From Promethearchaeota archaeon (GTDB lineage: Archaea; Asgardarchaeota; Lokiarchaeia; Sigyniarchaeales; SOKP01), in NCBI GenBank assembly GCA_016839555.1, contig JAEOUA010000010.1, positions 1-64,000 on the forward strand: DNA of 64,000 nucleotides. The letters run 5' to 3'. Shown here in pieces: positions 10,085 through 19,582 of the stretch; within the stretch, counting starts at the first letter, position 1; each line of letters begins with the position of its first letter. The notes under the pieces were generated by a model. It was given only the letters and a program-made list of their open reading frames with translations, was not told where the DNA came from and did not search any database. Made by a program: the position numbers and the translations under genes.

Positions 10085-10355
10085 TTTTAAAAAAGCTATA
10101 TTTTAAAGTCTTTAATGAATTTATTAGAAGATGATTAAATTTCGTGTAATAATGTTACATTAACAACTAATAATTAAGCATGCTAGTTTTAATCATTATT
10201 TAAATAATAGAATTAAATATAAAATATATAATAGATATTATTTATTATAATTTGATTGATTTTCATCATTTAACTTCATCAATAATATTTGAAAAAACTC
10301 AAGCTAAAATAATATATTTTACATTAAAACAATTGGAAGTGGGGAATGGTTAGAA

Positions 10356-10952
10356 ATTACTGATAAACTTGAAAATTTAAAAGATTATCTGAATTTTATC
10401 AATATTAGTGATGAAAATACTACTTTATTTGAGTGGAAGCCACCCGGAAGCTTTAAAAGTTATATTTTAGATTTAAATATAATAAAAAAATATGCTAGCG
10501 AAGGGGTCTTTTTCCATATAGATAAAGGGAATAGTAAAATTGTTCATATTAAAAAAGATGATATTATATATACCGTTGGATCTGAAAATAAAATCCAATA
10601 CCAACTCCTTGAAGCTCTTTTAGAACATTTAGTCAAAAGATTCAATGAAATGTTTGATTTAAGTGTTATTTTATCATTTGAAAATGTTTCACCAAATGTG
10701 TTTAATAGTTTCAATACTGAAATTGAAAAAATATTAAATCACCTTAAGGATTTAGATTTAGTAGCAATAATAAATGCTAGATGTCGCGTATGTAATAAAA
10801 TTTTACCAGTATATTTAAAGAAAAGCTTTATAGAGAATTCTCAAGACTATCCAGTGCCTCTTGTTTACAGCCATGAAGGGCATGCAATTCTTATTTTTAT
10901 CGATAAGGATTTTAAAATTCGGGGAACCGAATTAGTCAATCTTACAGGATAA
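10356..10952 (+). CDS. Longin-like N-domain plus C-terminal CxxC..H..H Zn module; probable non-canonical ATT start
   Basis: Frame open from 10308 with protein-like sequence ~98 codons upstream of the first ATG (10650); C-term CRVC...HEGHAILIFIDKDFKIRG. Confidence 0.6.
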   Translation: MTDKLENLKDYLNFINISDENTTLFEWKPPGSFKSYILDLNIIKKYASEGVFFHIDKGNSKIVHIKKDDIIYTVGSENKIQYQLLEALLEHLVKRFNEMFDLSVILSFENVSPNVFNSFNTEIEKILNHLKDLDLVAIINARCRVCNKILPVYLKKSFIENSQDYPVPLVYSHEGHAILIFIDKDFKIRGTELVNLTG

Positions 10953-11059
10953 GAAGATATTTTATTCTTTTTTTTGTCAATAAGAACAATTAAAGCTCTG
11001 CCTTAAAATATAGGTTGTTAGACAATAGATTTAAAACTTTTATTTTCTATATAAAAATT

Positions 11060-12040
11060 ATGGACGAGAAAAACAGCGAAGGGAAAGAATCTTATTTTGA
11101 ATCAATTGTGAAAAAGACGAAATCGGGAATTACTTTTCCAAAACAATTAAGGGATGAATTATTTAAGGAAGATGAAGAAATTTTTTTTAGATTGATTGTT
11201 CCAGCAAACAAGAATAAAATAATTCTAGAAATTATTTCTAAAGAAAAAGCAAATGAAATCTCAGGGATATTAAAAAAGAAAGAAGAGCTTATTCATTCAC
11301 CAAAAAAAGAAGAAAATAAAGGGAAAATACAAAAAAAGAAAAAATTTGAAGCAAGATGGGGCCAATATTTTATATATGATTTTGAGAATAAAGATAAAGT
11401 AAAGTCTATTTTAGAATCTGCCTTTGAAAAATTTTCTGAAAAACCGATGAATTTTGATGATGCAATGGGAAGAGTAAAATATGCTCTCATATCTTATTTA
11501 TCACCCACTAAAACGGAGAATGCAAAATTATATTATTCTGTCATACGGTTTTTAATCGATATTATTGATAATTTCAACCAACCGAATTTAATTGATTGGC
11601 TTCATGAGAAACTTATTCCTAATATTAAGAGTAATTTTCTCTATGAATTATCATTATTAGATCTATTAGAAATCAGTATTAAATCTAATAATATCGAAAA
11701 AGCAAAAATATTCGTAGAAGCAATTCTGAAAAATATCAATAATTATTCTCCTTCAGAGTTATATAATATCATGAACAGCTTTAATCAACTAGTAAAGAGA
11801 ATTGAATATTTTAATAAACCTCAAATAAATGCTTTAATCAAGGAAGAATTAATTAACTATGAAGCAAATATTAAAGATAATGATTATAAAATACAAATAA
11901 TTGAATTATTAGAGAAGTTAGGATATATTGAAGATGCATATAATTTTGCTAAGAATTTATTAAAAAATCTTCCTCCGGAAAGTATAAAAACAGCTGCTAT
12001 TCGTGAAATTATAAAGCGACTCAGTCAAAAACCAATCTAA
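11060..12040 (+). CDS. AbrB/SpoVT-like N-terminal domain fused to helical TPR-like repeats
   Basis: ESIVKKTKSGITFPKQLRDEL resembles AbrB; all-helical C-terminus; ATG at 11060 (track uses TTG 11015). Confidence 0.5.
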   Translation: MDEKNSEGKESYFESIVKKTKSGITFPKQLRDELFKEDEEIFFRLIVPANKNKIILEIISKEKANEISGILKKKEELIHSPKKEENKGKIQKKKKFEARWGQYFIYDFENKDKVKSILESAFEKFSEKPMNFDDAMGRVKYALISYLSPTKTENAKLYYSVIRFLIDIIDNFNQPNLIDWLHEKLIPNIKSNFLYELSLLDLLEISIKSNNIEKAKIFVEAILKNINNYSPSELYNIMNSFNQLVKRIEYFNKPQINALIKEELINYEANIKDNDYKIQIIELLEKLGYIEDAYNFAKNLLKNLPPESIKTAAIREIIKRLSQKPI

Positions 12041-12084
12041 TTTATTTTTACGCTATTTAAAAATATTACTAATGGTTAATAAAT

Positions 12085-13104
12085 TTAAGATGATGTAGTA
12101 TTTTGTTCTCCTAATTCGTCTATTTTCTCTTTAATTCTTTCCGCTTCCTTTTTCTTAAGTTCTAGCTCTTTTTCTGTTAGTTCTTTTTCCTTTAATTCAA
12201 GTTCTACTTGAATTAATTGTTTTTTCATTTCTAATAACTGTTCCCTTCTTTCTAAAGCTTCTCTTTTTTGTTGGATTTCTTTTTCTTCTAATTCTTTTTC
12301 TTTTTCTTCTATTTCTAATTTCTTTCTTTTTAATTCTAAATCTCTTTCTTCCAGCTCTTTTTCTTTATTTAATATTTCTTGTTTTTTCTTTTCTAATAAT
12401 TCTTCTTCTGTAATTTTTTCAGTTGGCTTTTCTTCCTCTATGGTTTTTTCGATGACTATTTCATCGATTTTTTCAATTGATACAATCGACTTAATAATTT
12501 CATCGATATTTTTTTTTAATTTTTCATCTTCAAGATATTGTTCCGCGTAATTTGTAAGTATTTTAGTAATGATTGAGGGTTTTTTTCCCCCTATTGATTT
12601 TAATGCTTGGATAGCTTTTTCAGTAACAAAGTCCTTTTCATTAGATAGTTTACTCGCAATTGCTTGAATTTTATTTTCGTCAGTTATCTCTTTATCTCCT
12701 CCGGTAATAAATATAACTAATTGTAAGGCGGCTTCTTTCACGTTAGGATCTTCAGATTTTAATAGATTTTCAATATGAGGTAAAAATAAATCGCTCTCTA
12801 CTTCTACAATTGGTTTTAATAAAAGAAGAAAAGAATATCGTAGCATGCTATCTCTTTTTGATAGATTCTGCAATAATGAAGGCACATCGATAATTTTTTG
12901 TTCTATCAAAAAACGTAATACGGTTTTTCCTCCGTGAATAGTAAGTATTGCTTCTAAAATCTCTTCTAATCTATTTAAATCTTCTTTTTTATCAGTATCA
13001 ATTAAGTATTTGCTAATTGCATCCACAGCATCATCAAGTCTTCCTTCATTGACTAATTTTTTAATTTTTTCAATTTCATTATTTTTTTCTTGTTCTTTCT
13101 CCAT
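12085..13104 (-). CDS. HEAT/ARM-repeat protein with long E/K-rich coiled-coil tail
   Basis: LLKSEDPNVKEAALQLV and LSNEKDFVTEKAIQAL HEAT-like repeats; ~110-aa E/K/R-rich C-terminus. Confidence 0.75.
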   Translation of the reverse strand: MEKEQEKNNEIEKIKKLVNEGRLDDAVDAISKYLIDTDKKEDLNRLEEILEAILTIHGGKTVLRFLIEQKIIDVPSLLQNLSKRDSMLRYSFLLLLKPIVEVESDLFLPHIENLLKSEDPNVKEAALQLVIFITGGDKEITDENKIQAIASKLSNEKDFVTEKAIQALKSIGGKKPSIITKILTNYAEQYLEDEKLKKNIDEIIKSIVSIEKIDEIVIEKTIEEEKPTEKITEEELLEKKKQEILNKEKELEERDLELKRKKLEIEEKEKELEEKEIQQKREALERREQLLEMKKQLIQVELELKEKELTEKELELKKKEAERIKEKIDELGEQNTTSS

Positions 13105-13161
13105 ATTTCACTCATCACTTTTAATTATTTTGAGGTTTTTGTTTAAATCTAAAAAGAATAT

Positions 13162-14139
13162 TTACATAAGATCTAAATGAATTACATAAAATTTGTTATA
13201 TATAAAATTCAGAAACTCGATAATTTTATTGAGATCTCGAAATCTTATTGGAATTTGTATACGATTATCATTATACTTATGGGTATTTGTATCAATTTCT
13301 AATTTAACAATTAAATCATTAAGTATATTTATATCTAAATGTATTGCGGCACAAAGCTCTGTTAATTCTAATAAATCCTGAGGAAATTTATTCCAAAAAT
13401 AGTAATCATTGCTTATTTTTTCATTTACTTCATTTTGTTTTGATGAATAGTTATCACTCACATTCGATATAATATCATAAGGTACATTTATTTGTGTGAT
13501 TACTGCTGTTTTTTCTGGGTTTATATTTACATTGACTTCAGGAAAGGAAATATTTGCATATAATTTAAGAACTCCTTCTATTAATTCTAAACTTGTAATT
13601 CTTTCTCTATTTGCATTACAAATAACATATGCTTCATTAAGATAAATTATATGTAAATATTCATTATATATTATTAAAACATAATTATCTGTTCGGTGAT
13701 AATGAATATTTTCACCGCTTTTTATTTTTTCTTTAAAAATTTTATCAACTTCATCCCAATTCTTAAAAGTTAAAAATTTATTTAATCTTCGATAATTTTC
13801 ATGAAAATAAATATCTAAAAAATCTATTAAATATAAAAAACTATCATTGGGTCTATATACTACTGTTTTTCCCTTAAAATATCTCTCAACAACGCCTTTA
13901 TGAACACTATAGCAAAATTTAGGAAGATCTTCCATACCTAAACGGTTTTTTATTCTTAATTTCAATAAAAATCTCTTAGTACACATAGGATTTAGAGTGC
14001 AAGCAATTCGGTCAACTTGGCATTCTTTGAGGCATAAATCATTTATACGCTTAATCAAAAGATCTACCATTACAGAATTAAATCTCTCATTAACCGGATT
14101 ATCCAAAAATTTTAAAATATGATTCTCTTCTAAAGGCAT
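13162..14139 (-). CDS. Hypothetical protein with N-terminal Cys cluster
   Basis: 325-aa ORF; CLKEC...C.....C...FCY..H; co-oriented 57 bp upstream of the HEAT gene. Confidence 0.7.
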   Translation of the reverse strand: MPLEENHILKFLDNPVNERFNSVMVDLLIKRINDLCLKECQVDRIACTLNPMCTKRFLLKLRIKNRLGMEDLPKFCYSVHKGVVERYFKGKTVVYRPNDSFLYLIDFLDIYFHENYRRLNKFLTFKNWDEVDKIFKEKIKSGENIHYHRTDNYVLIIYNEYLHIIYLNEAYVICNANRERITSLELIEGVLKLYANISFPEVNVNINPEKTAVITQINVPYDIISNVSDNYSSKQNEVNEKISNDYYFWNKFPQDLLELTELCAAIHLDINILNDLIVKLEIDTNTHKYNDNRIQIPIRFRDLNKIIEFLNFIYNKFYVIHLDLM

Positions 14140-14485
14140 CGCTATAAATTTATAGAAATCTTGTATATTGATATTAAATTATGAAAAAGATTATTAATTA
14201 TTAATAGTTAATATTTTAGGAATTAATAATTCTTACTATTACATCAAATTTAAACGAAACATTGATATTAAGATATAACCAAATTTTACCTATGATTTTA
14301 TGAAGTTTTATTCAATTTAATTTATTTCAGCTTTGTTTATTTTAATTTTAGTTATAATTAATTTAAATCTAAACTTTTCATTTATTCATATAATATAGAA
14401 ATATAAACTAAAAATATAAAAAATTAAAATAACATTATAAGTATAATAACCACTCTATATTAAATCAATATTTTGTATTTCCAAT

Positions 14486-15973
14486 ATGTTGCGTCAAATA
14501 CATATCTTTAAAAAAAAAAAGATGGTTTTTACACATACATTTACTTTAGCTTTAGGAAATGAGGAACTTCAAAAGTTATTTAAATTAATAGAATCGAATA
14601 TTAAGATTAATATAGGGGAAGACCCACTCCTTCGTGCACTCTCAGAATATCAAGTATTTCATAGGACTCTCGAAGATTTTTATTTCATTCTAATTACAGA
14701 TTTAATTGATAAAAAAGAAGAAATTGAAGGTATAATAGATAAATTAATCAATAAATTTAAGAAAATATATCCCAACAATGAGATTCTAAATGAATCGGAA
14801 TCAAAGAAAGAAGATTTTATTGACTATATCTATCAACTGCAATCAGACATACATTCTAAAATTAGCATTATTGGTCCAGTGAACGCTGGCAAGACTATGT
14901 TGTATAATATTTTAACAGATCAGCATAAAGAACGAAATATTATGAATTTTGCTAAATCTTCCATTTTATCTTTATATGAACTAAAGTTCGATGTATGGGA
15001 TTTTCAAATAAATGATAATTATGCGCTTCTTTGGTCAAAATTCATAAGTGGGTCAGATTTGGTAATTTTCATTTTTGATATCTCAAATTACAATTTAAAA
15101 ATATTGAATCATTTCTTAAATTTGAAAAAAAAGGTTAGTAATCTTTCAAAATTTATTTCTATTGCAAATAAAACCGATTTAGTAAACATCGAAAATGCTT
15201 TAGCTAGTCTAGAGAACGAAATGCATATTCCTAATTTAATACACTTATCGTTAAAAAAATCAGATGCTAAAGCAATACTCTTTTCAGAAATTAGTAATAT
15301 ATTTAAAATAAAAGAAAAATTACCAGATAACTATGATAATTTACTTAAAGAAGCGGAAGAAATTGAAAAAGAGAGTAATTTAGGAAAAGCAATAGCAAAA
15401 TATAAAGAACTTATAAGATATTTAAATAAATATCAAGAATTTACTGAAATTAGCAAATTGGAAGAAAAGGTTAAAGAGTTAGAGAAAAGTCTTAGAGAAC
15501 AGGTAGAATTAAGAAGAAAAATTGAATTGAAAAAAAAATTTGCACCCCCTACTCCAATCAAATTTAGTAAAAAAATAACAGTTAAACCCCTTTCCAAAAA
15601 TAAATTAGATTCATCAAAACAATTAAAATCAACTCCATCAGAAGAATCAAAGGAGCAAACAAAACCAGCACAAACCAAATTGCGATCTTCAGATATAAAA
15701 TTAGATCTATCTGTTCTCAAAAAAACCCAAGAAGAAATCGTACAAAATAGAGAAAATAATGAAAAACATCCTGAGGATAAATTTAAATCTATTGATGATG
15801 TTCCTGATAAAGCTGTTTTGCTTCAAAAAATGATTGAAAGCAGAGGCAGCAAGTTAAGTTTAAAATTGTGTAGTCAATTTATTAAAGAAATGATGGAATC
15901 ATTGCAAAGAGAAATAACTTTGAATGATTTAAAAATTGCTGCTGATAATTTTATCTCTCTAGAAAAACAATAA
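14486..15973 (+). CDS. Longin-like domain fused to a small GTPase domain (Arf/Rag/Rab-like) with helical C-terminus
   Basis: N-term MLRQIHIF longin-like; G1 GPVNAGKT, degenerate G3 WDFQ, G4 NKTD; MIT/TPR-like helices and coiled coil. Confidence 0.72.
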   Translation: MLRQIHIFKKKKMVFTHTFTLALGNEELQKLFKLIESNIKINIGEDPLLRALSEYQVFHRTLEDFYFILITDLIDKKEEIEGIIDKLINKFKKIYPNNEILNESESKKEDFIDYIYQLQSDIHSKISIIGPVNAGKTMLYNILTDQHKERNIMNFAKSSILSLYELKFDVWDFQINDNYALLWSKFISGSDLVIFIFDISNYNLKILNHFLNLKKKVSNLSKFISIANKTDLVNIENALASLENEMHIPNLIHLSLKKSDAKAILFSEISNIFKIKEKLPDNYDNLLKEAEEIEKESNLGKAIAKYKELIRYLNKYQEFTEISKLEEKVKELEKSLREQVELRRKIELKKKFAPPTPIKFSKKITVKPLSKNKLDSSKQLKSTPSEESKEQTKPAQTKLRSSDIKLDLSVLKKTQEEIVQNRENNEKHPEDKFKSIDDVPDKAVLLQKMIESRGSKLSLKLCSQFIKEMMESLQREITLNDLKIAADNFISLEKQ

Positions 15974-16051
15974 TAGTTATTTCTCTTAGCATTAAATTCC
16001 AATACCAATTATATTATTTAAATTTAGAAGGCAAAATATTTTTTTTGAGAA

Positions 16052-17560
16052 ATGACATATAATACGCAAATAAGCCAATTAAAAAACTATTTTTCCGATA
16101 TTAAAAAAATAGATTTTATCAAAAATCTTTTGAAATGGGATCAGCAAGTTTTAATGCCAGATTCAGACAGTTCCAATAGGAGTAGGGCTGAATTAATAGC
16201 ATTCATGGATAAAATTAAACATGAAAAATTAATCTCAGAAAAAACTGGTAAATTAATTGAAAGTGCAGATAAAAAATCCGATTTAAATTTAATTGATAAC
16301 GCTATCTTAAGAGAAGCAAAAAGGGTCTATAATAAAGCAGTGAAGGTCCCCACGGAATTGCTTGAAGAATTAGCAAAAGCTGTTACGATTGGGTATAAAA
16401 TTTGGGATAAGGCAAGAAAAAAAAGTGATTTTTCGATTTTTAAGCCAATATTAAAAAAAATCATTAATCTAAAAAAAGAATATGCCGATAAAATTAACGT
16501 AGGATCTACTCGCTACGATTCATTGCTTGATGATTATGAACCTGGAGCTACATCTGCATGGATTGATAGTTTATTTAGAATTTTAAAACCCAAAATAGTA
16601 AAAATTGTTGATAACATTGTTTCAGCGGATGATAAACCAGAGCCCTCAATATTAAAACAATATTATTCCCCAGAAAAACAATGGGATTTTAGCTTAGAAA
16701 TTATAAGAAAACTAAATTTCGATTTTAATATTGGCAGACAAGATAAATCTGTTCATCCTTTTACTATGGCAATTTCCTCCTCAGATGTAAGAATAACTAC
16801 TCGTATACTAGAGAATTATCTTCCCGCGTGTTTATTTGGAACGATCCATGAATGTGGCCATGCTTTATACGATATGGGATTTATGGAGGAAATTCATTCC
16901 ACTAATCTTGCTGAAGTCACTTCCTTAGGTATTCATGAATCTCAATCAAGGCTTTGGGAAACGATAATTGGAAGGAGCAGCGAGTTCTGGGATTTTTTTT
17001 ATCCTATTTTACAAACATATTTTCCTAATCAATTAAAGAATTATCCTAAAAGCGACTTTTATCGTGCACTTAACACCGTTGAGCGGTCTTTAATTAGAGT
17101 TGAAGCGGATGAAGTAACATATTCCCTACATATAATACTAAGATATGAAATAGAGAAAATGATTTTCGAAGATAAAGTTGAAATTGACGAATTACCCCAT
17201 ATATGGAATGAAAAAATGAAAGAATTATTAGATATAATTCCTCCAGATGATGCAACTGGAATTTTGCAAGATGTACATTGGTCTGGTGGATCCTTTGGAT
17301 ATTTTCCAACGTATGTATTAGGCAATTTGTACGCAGCACAAATTTATTCTTATGTAAAAAACGAGATACCCTCCTTGCTTCAAGAAATTTCCCAAGGTAA
17401 TTTTGCTCATCTGCTCGAATATTTAAGAGAAAACATTCATAAATATGGTGCGATTTATTACTCACAAGAATTAATAAAAAGAATAAACGGAGAACTTCTT
17501 AGGCCACAATATTTTATCGATTATTTAAAGAATAAATTTTATCCACTGTATCATATTTAA
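16052..17560 (+). CDS. Carboxypeptidase M32
   Basis: HPF, HECGH, HESQSR, IRVEADE, QDVHW, GYFPTY motifs. Confidence 0.95.
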   Translation: MTYNTQISQLKNYFSDIKKIDFIKNLLKWDQQVLMPDSDSSNRSRAELIAFMDKIKHEKLISEKTGKLIESADKKSDLNLIDNAILREAKRVYNKAVKVPTELLEELAKAVTIGYKIWDKARKKSDFSIFKPILKKIINLKKEYADKINVGSTRYDSLLDDYEPGATSAWIDSLFRILKPKIVKIVDNIVSADDKPEPSILKQYYSPEKQWDFSLEIIRKLNFDFNIGRQDKSVHPFTMAISSSDVRITTRILENYLPACLFGTIHECGHALYDMGFMEEIHSTNLAEVTSLGIHESQSRLWETIIGRSSEFWDFFYPILQTYFPNQLKNYPKSDFYRALNTVERSLIRVEADEVTYSLHIILRYEIEKMIFEDKVEIDELPHIWNEKMKELLDIIPPDDATGILQDVHWSGGSFGYFPTYVLGNLYAAQIYSYVKNEIPSLLQEISQGNFAHLLEYLRENIHKYGAIYYSQELIKRINGELLRPQYFIDYLKNKFYPLYHI

Positions 17561-17599
17561 TAAAAAATTTTAAAAAATTTAAGGAAAAAAGAAGAGAGA

Positions 17600-17768
17600 C
17601 TAAATATTTTCGACTATAATAGCTTCTGAGACACCTCCACCACCACATAGAGTTGTCATCCCATATGAATTTACTATTTTACTGATAGTTACAATTTTTA
17701 CTAATGGCTCCAATCCCAATTCTTCTGCTCTTCCTTGAGTTGTTAATAATAACATCTTTATCTGCCAT
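17600..17768 (-). pseudogene. Internally deleted thiolase (acetyl-CoA acyltransferase) relic
   Basis: GTGA SD + MADKDVII, then LLLTTQGRAEELGLEPLVKI in a shifted frame, then YGMTTLCGGGGVSEAIIVENI-stop (thiolase C-terminal signature). Confidence 0.8.
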
Positions 17769-17958
17769 TATTTATCACTAATATATTCTTAAATCGTATT
17801 TTTTTTAATAGTAAATCTATAAAAAACTTTCTTATGATCAGTATTTAGAAAAAAAATGGAAAAAGATTAAAAATATAGAAGGTTCTAAAACTTTTTATAT
17901 ACATAATAAAATATATTATATAAGAAATGAGCTAATTTTACAAAAGCAACATTATTCT

Positions 17959-18921
17959 ATGTCAGAATTATATAAAGAATTAAATTTAAAACTAATATTG
18001 CTTGGTAATGGCGGAGTAGGTAAAACTTCTTTAGTAAATGCCATAATGGGGAGAGAGGCGCAAGAAAAATACTTTCCAACCATTGGAAGTACTATTGAAA
18101 AAAAAGAATATTATATTGACTCTCAAGATATTACTATAGCGGTGAATTTCTGGGATATAGGTGGGCAGAGACAATTTAATCCATTTAATCCAACCTTTTT
18201 TAGGAATACTGATATAGCTTTTTTAGTTATTGATGTGAACAAGCCAGAAGAAAGTATTAAAGATTTAAAAAACTCATATTTAAATTTATTAGTCCAACAA
18301 CAAACAGGTGAATGTTTAATTATTATTGTTGGTAATAAAATTGATCTAGAATTTAATGAAAATATACTTAGAGAAAGGCTACATCAAGAAGAATTAGATG
18401 GCTTTCCGATTATTTTTACTTCAGCCTTGAATGGAAATAATATATCTAGCCTTCTCGAATTTGCGGTATATAGCTATTTGACTGAGATGAGCGGAGAATT
18501 AAAAGAGAATGATATCCCAATCACAAATCAAGACTTTTTAGCTTTAATAAATAGGAATGAGGATGATATTAAAAATATTCCAGTAAATGTGGAAGATATT
18601 AGCTCAAAAGTTATTAAACAAACTGCTCCACTTAAAATTATTGAAAAAAGACAAGATGAAAGGGAATTAGAACTCGAAAAATTCCAGTTTTTACGAAAAC
18701 GGTTAGAAGATTTAAATGGAATGAGAGAACAAATAAAATTATCATTTAAAAGAAACATCTCAAATGTAGAAAACTTAATTTTAGCATTAAAAAATACTCC
18801 TATAGAATCCTTAACACAAAAAATTGATGATACTTTAGAGCAAATTAAATATTTTAAACAAGATTTTGAATTAAAGCTTAATTCGTTGCTCCAAATTAGT
18901 GAATTGGAGGGTCAATTATGA
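17959..18921 (+). CDS. Rab/Ras-like small GTPase with C-terminal helical/coiled-coil extension
   Basis: GNGGVGKT, PTIG, WDIGGQ, GNKID, TSAL. Confidence 0.9.
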   Translation: MSELYKELNLKLILLGNGGVGKTSLVNAIMGREAQEKYFPTIGSTIEKKEYYIDSQDITIAVNFWDIGGQRQFNPFNPTFFRNTDIAFLVIDVNKPEESIKDLKNSYLNLLVQQQTGECLIIIVGNKIDLEFNENILRERLHQEELDGFPIIFTSALNGNNISSLLEFAVYSYLTEMSGELKENDIPITNQDFLALINRNEDDIKNIPVNVEDISSKVIKQTAPLKIIEKRQDERELELEKFQFLRKRLEDLNGMREQIKLSFKRNISNVENLILALKNTPIESLTQKIDDTLEQIKYFKQDFELKLNSLLQISELEGQL

Positions 18922-19562
18922 CGGATGATTTGGAAAAATTAGATAAGACTGTCAAAAAAGTAAGGAAAGATCTTAAGGATCAAAAAAAGGAATTTTCAGA
19001 GATTATTGGTGCACAAAAAGATTACATGAAAGATTTTTTTGAAAAATTTGAAGGCTTATTGCAGCAACAAGAAAAAGAGTTTGAAGAAAAATTAAATACG
19101 CAGAAAAAAGAATTTTCAGCCCTTATTCAAGGACAACAAGACTATATTAGTAAATTAGAAGAAAGTATAGAGAAATCTATTAGAAAGCTGGTTAATAATA
19201 TCGATTCTCATAAAATGATAACGAAAGACATGATTAACGGGCTAAAAGAGGAGTTCTTACATGATAAAAATATATTAGAGTCAAAAATTGAAGAATTACA
19301 GGCTCAACAAGATGTCTTAAAAATTTCTTATACAATAAATGAAAAGAAGTTAATTGAGAAAGTGAAAAATGTGATTAGACAAGATGTAAAGGAAGCGGTA
19401 AAAGGGCAAGAGAGAGAAGTATTGATGAGTGTGTGGATTGAAGAGTTAAAAAGAATAATATCTGACTTTGAGCAATTAAAAGAATTAAATCCAGATGAAT
19501 TTGAATTACAGATTGATGAGATCTGTTCCACAATAGAGTTATTTAAGAAAAAGCTTCTTTAG
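18918..19562 (+). CDS. Coiled-coil protein translationally coupled to the GTPase
   Basis: ATGA overlap; heptad-rich; internal repeat QKKEFSEIIGAQKDY / QKKEFSALIQGQQDY. Confidence 0.75.
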   Translation: MTDDLEKLDKTVKKVRKDLKDQKKEFSEIIGAQKDYMKDFFEKFEGLLQQQEKEFEEKLNTQKKEFSALIQGQQDYISKLEESIEKSIRKLVNNIDSHKMITKDMINGLKEEFLHDKNILESKIEELQAQQDVLKISYTINEKKLIEKVKNVIRQDVKEAVKGQEREVLMSVWIEELKRIISDFEQLKELNPDEFELQIDEICSTIELFKKKLL

Positions 19563-19582
19563 AAAAAAAATAATATTAAAAA

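Noticed and set aside
14140-14485. Long AT-rich intergenic tract (also 47086-47470, 48034-48478) as replication origin
   Set aside because: No ORB repeats and no adjacent cdc6/orc1; AT richness is typical of all intergenic DNA here
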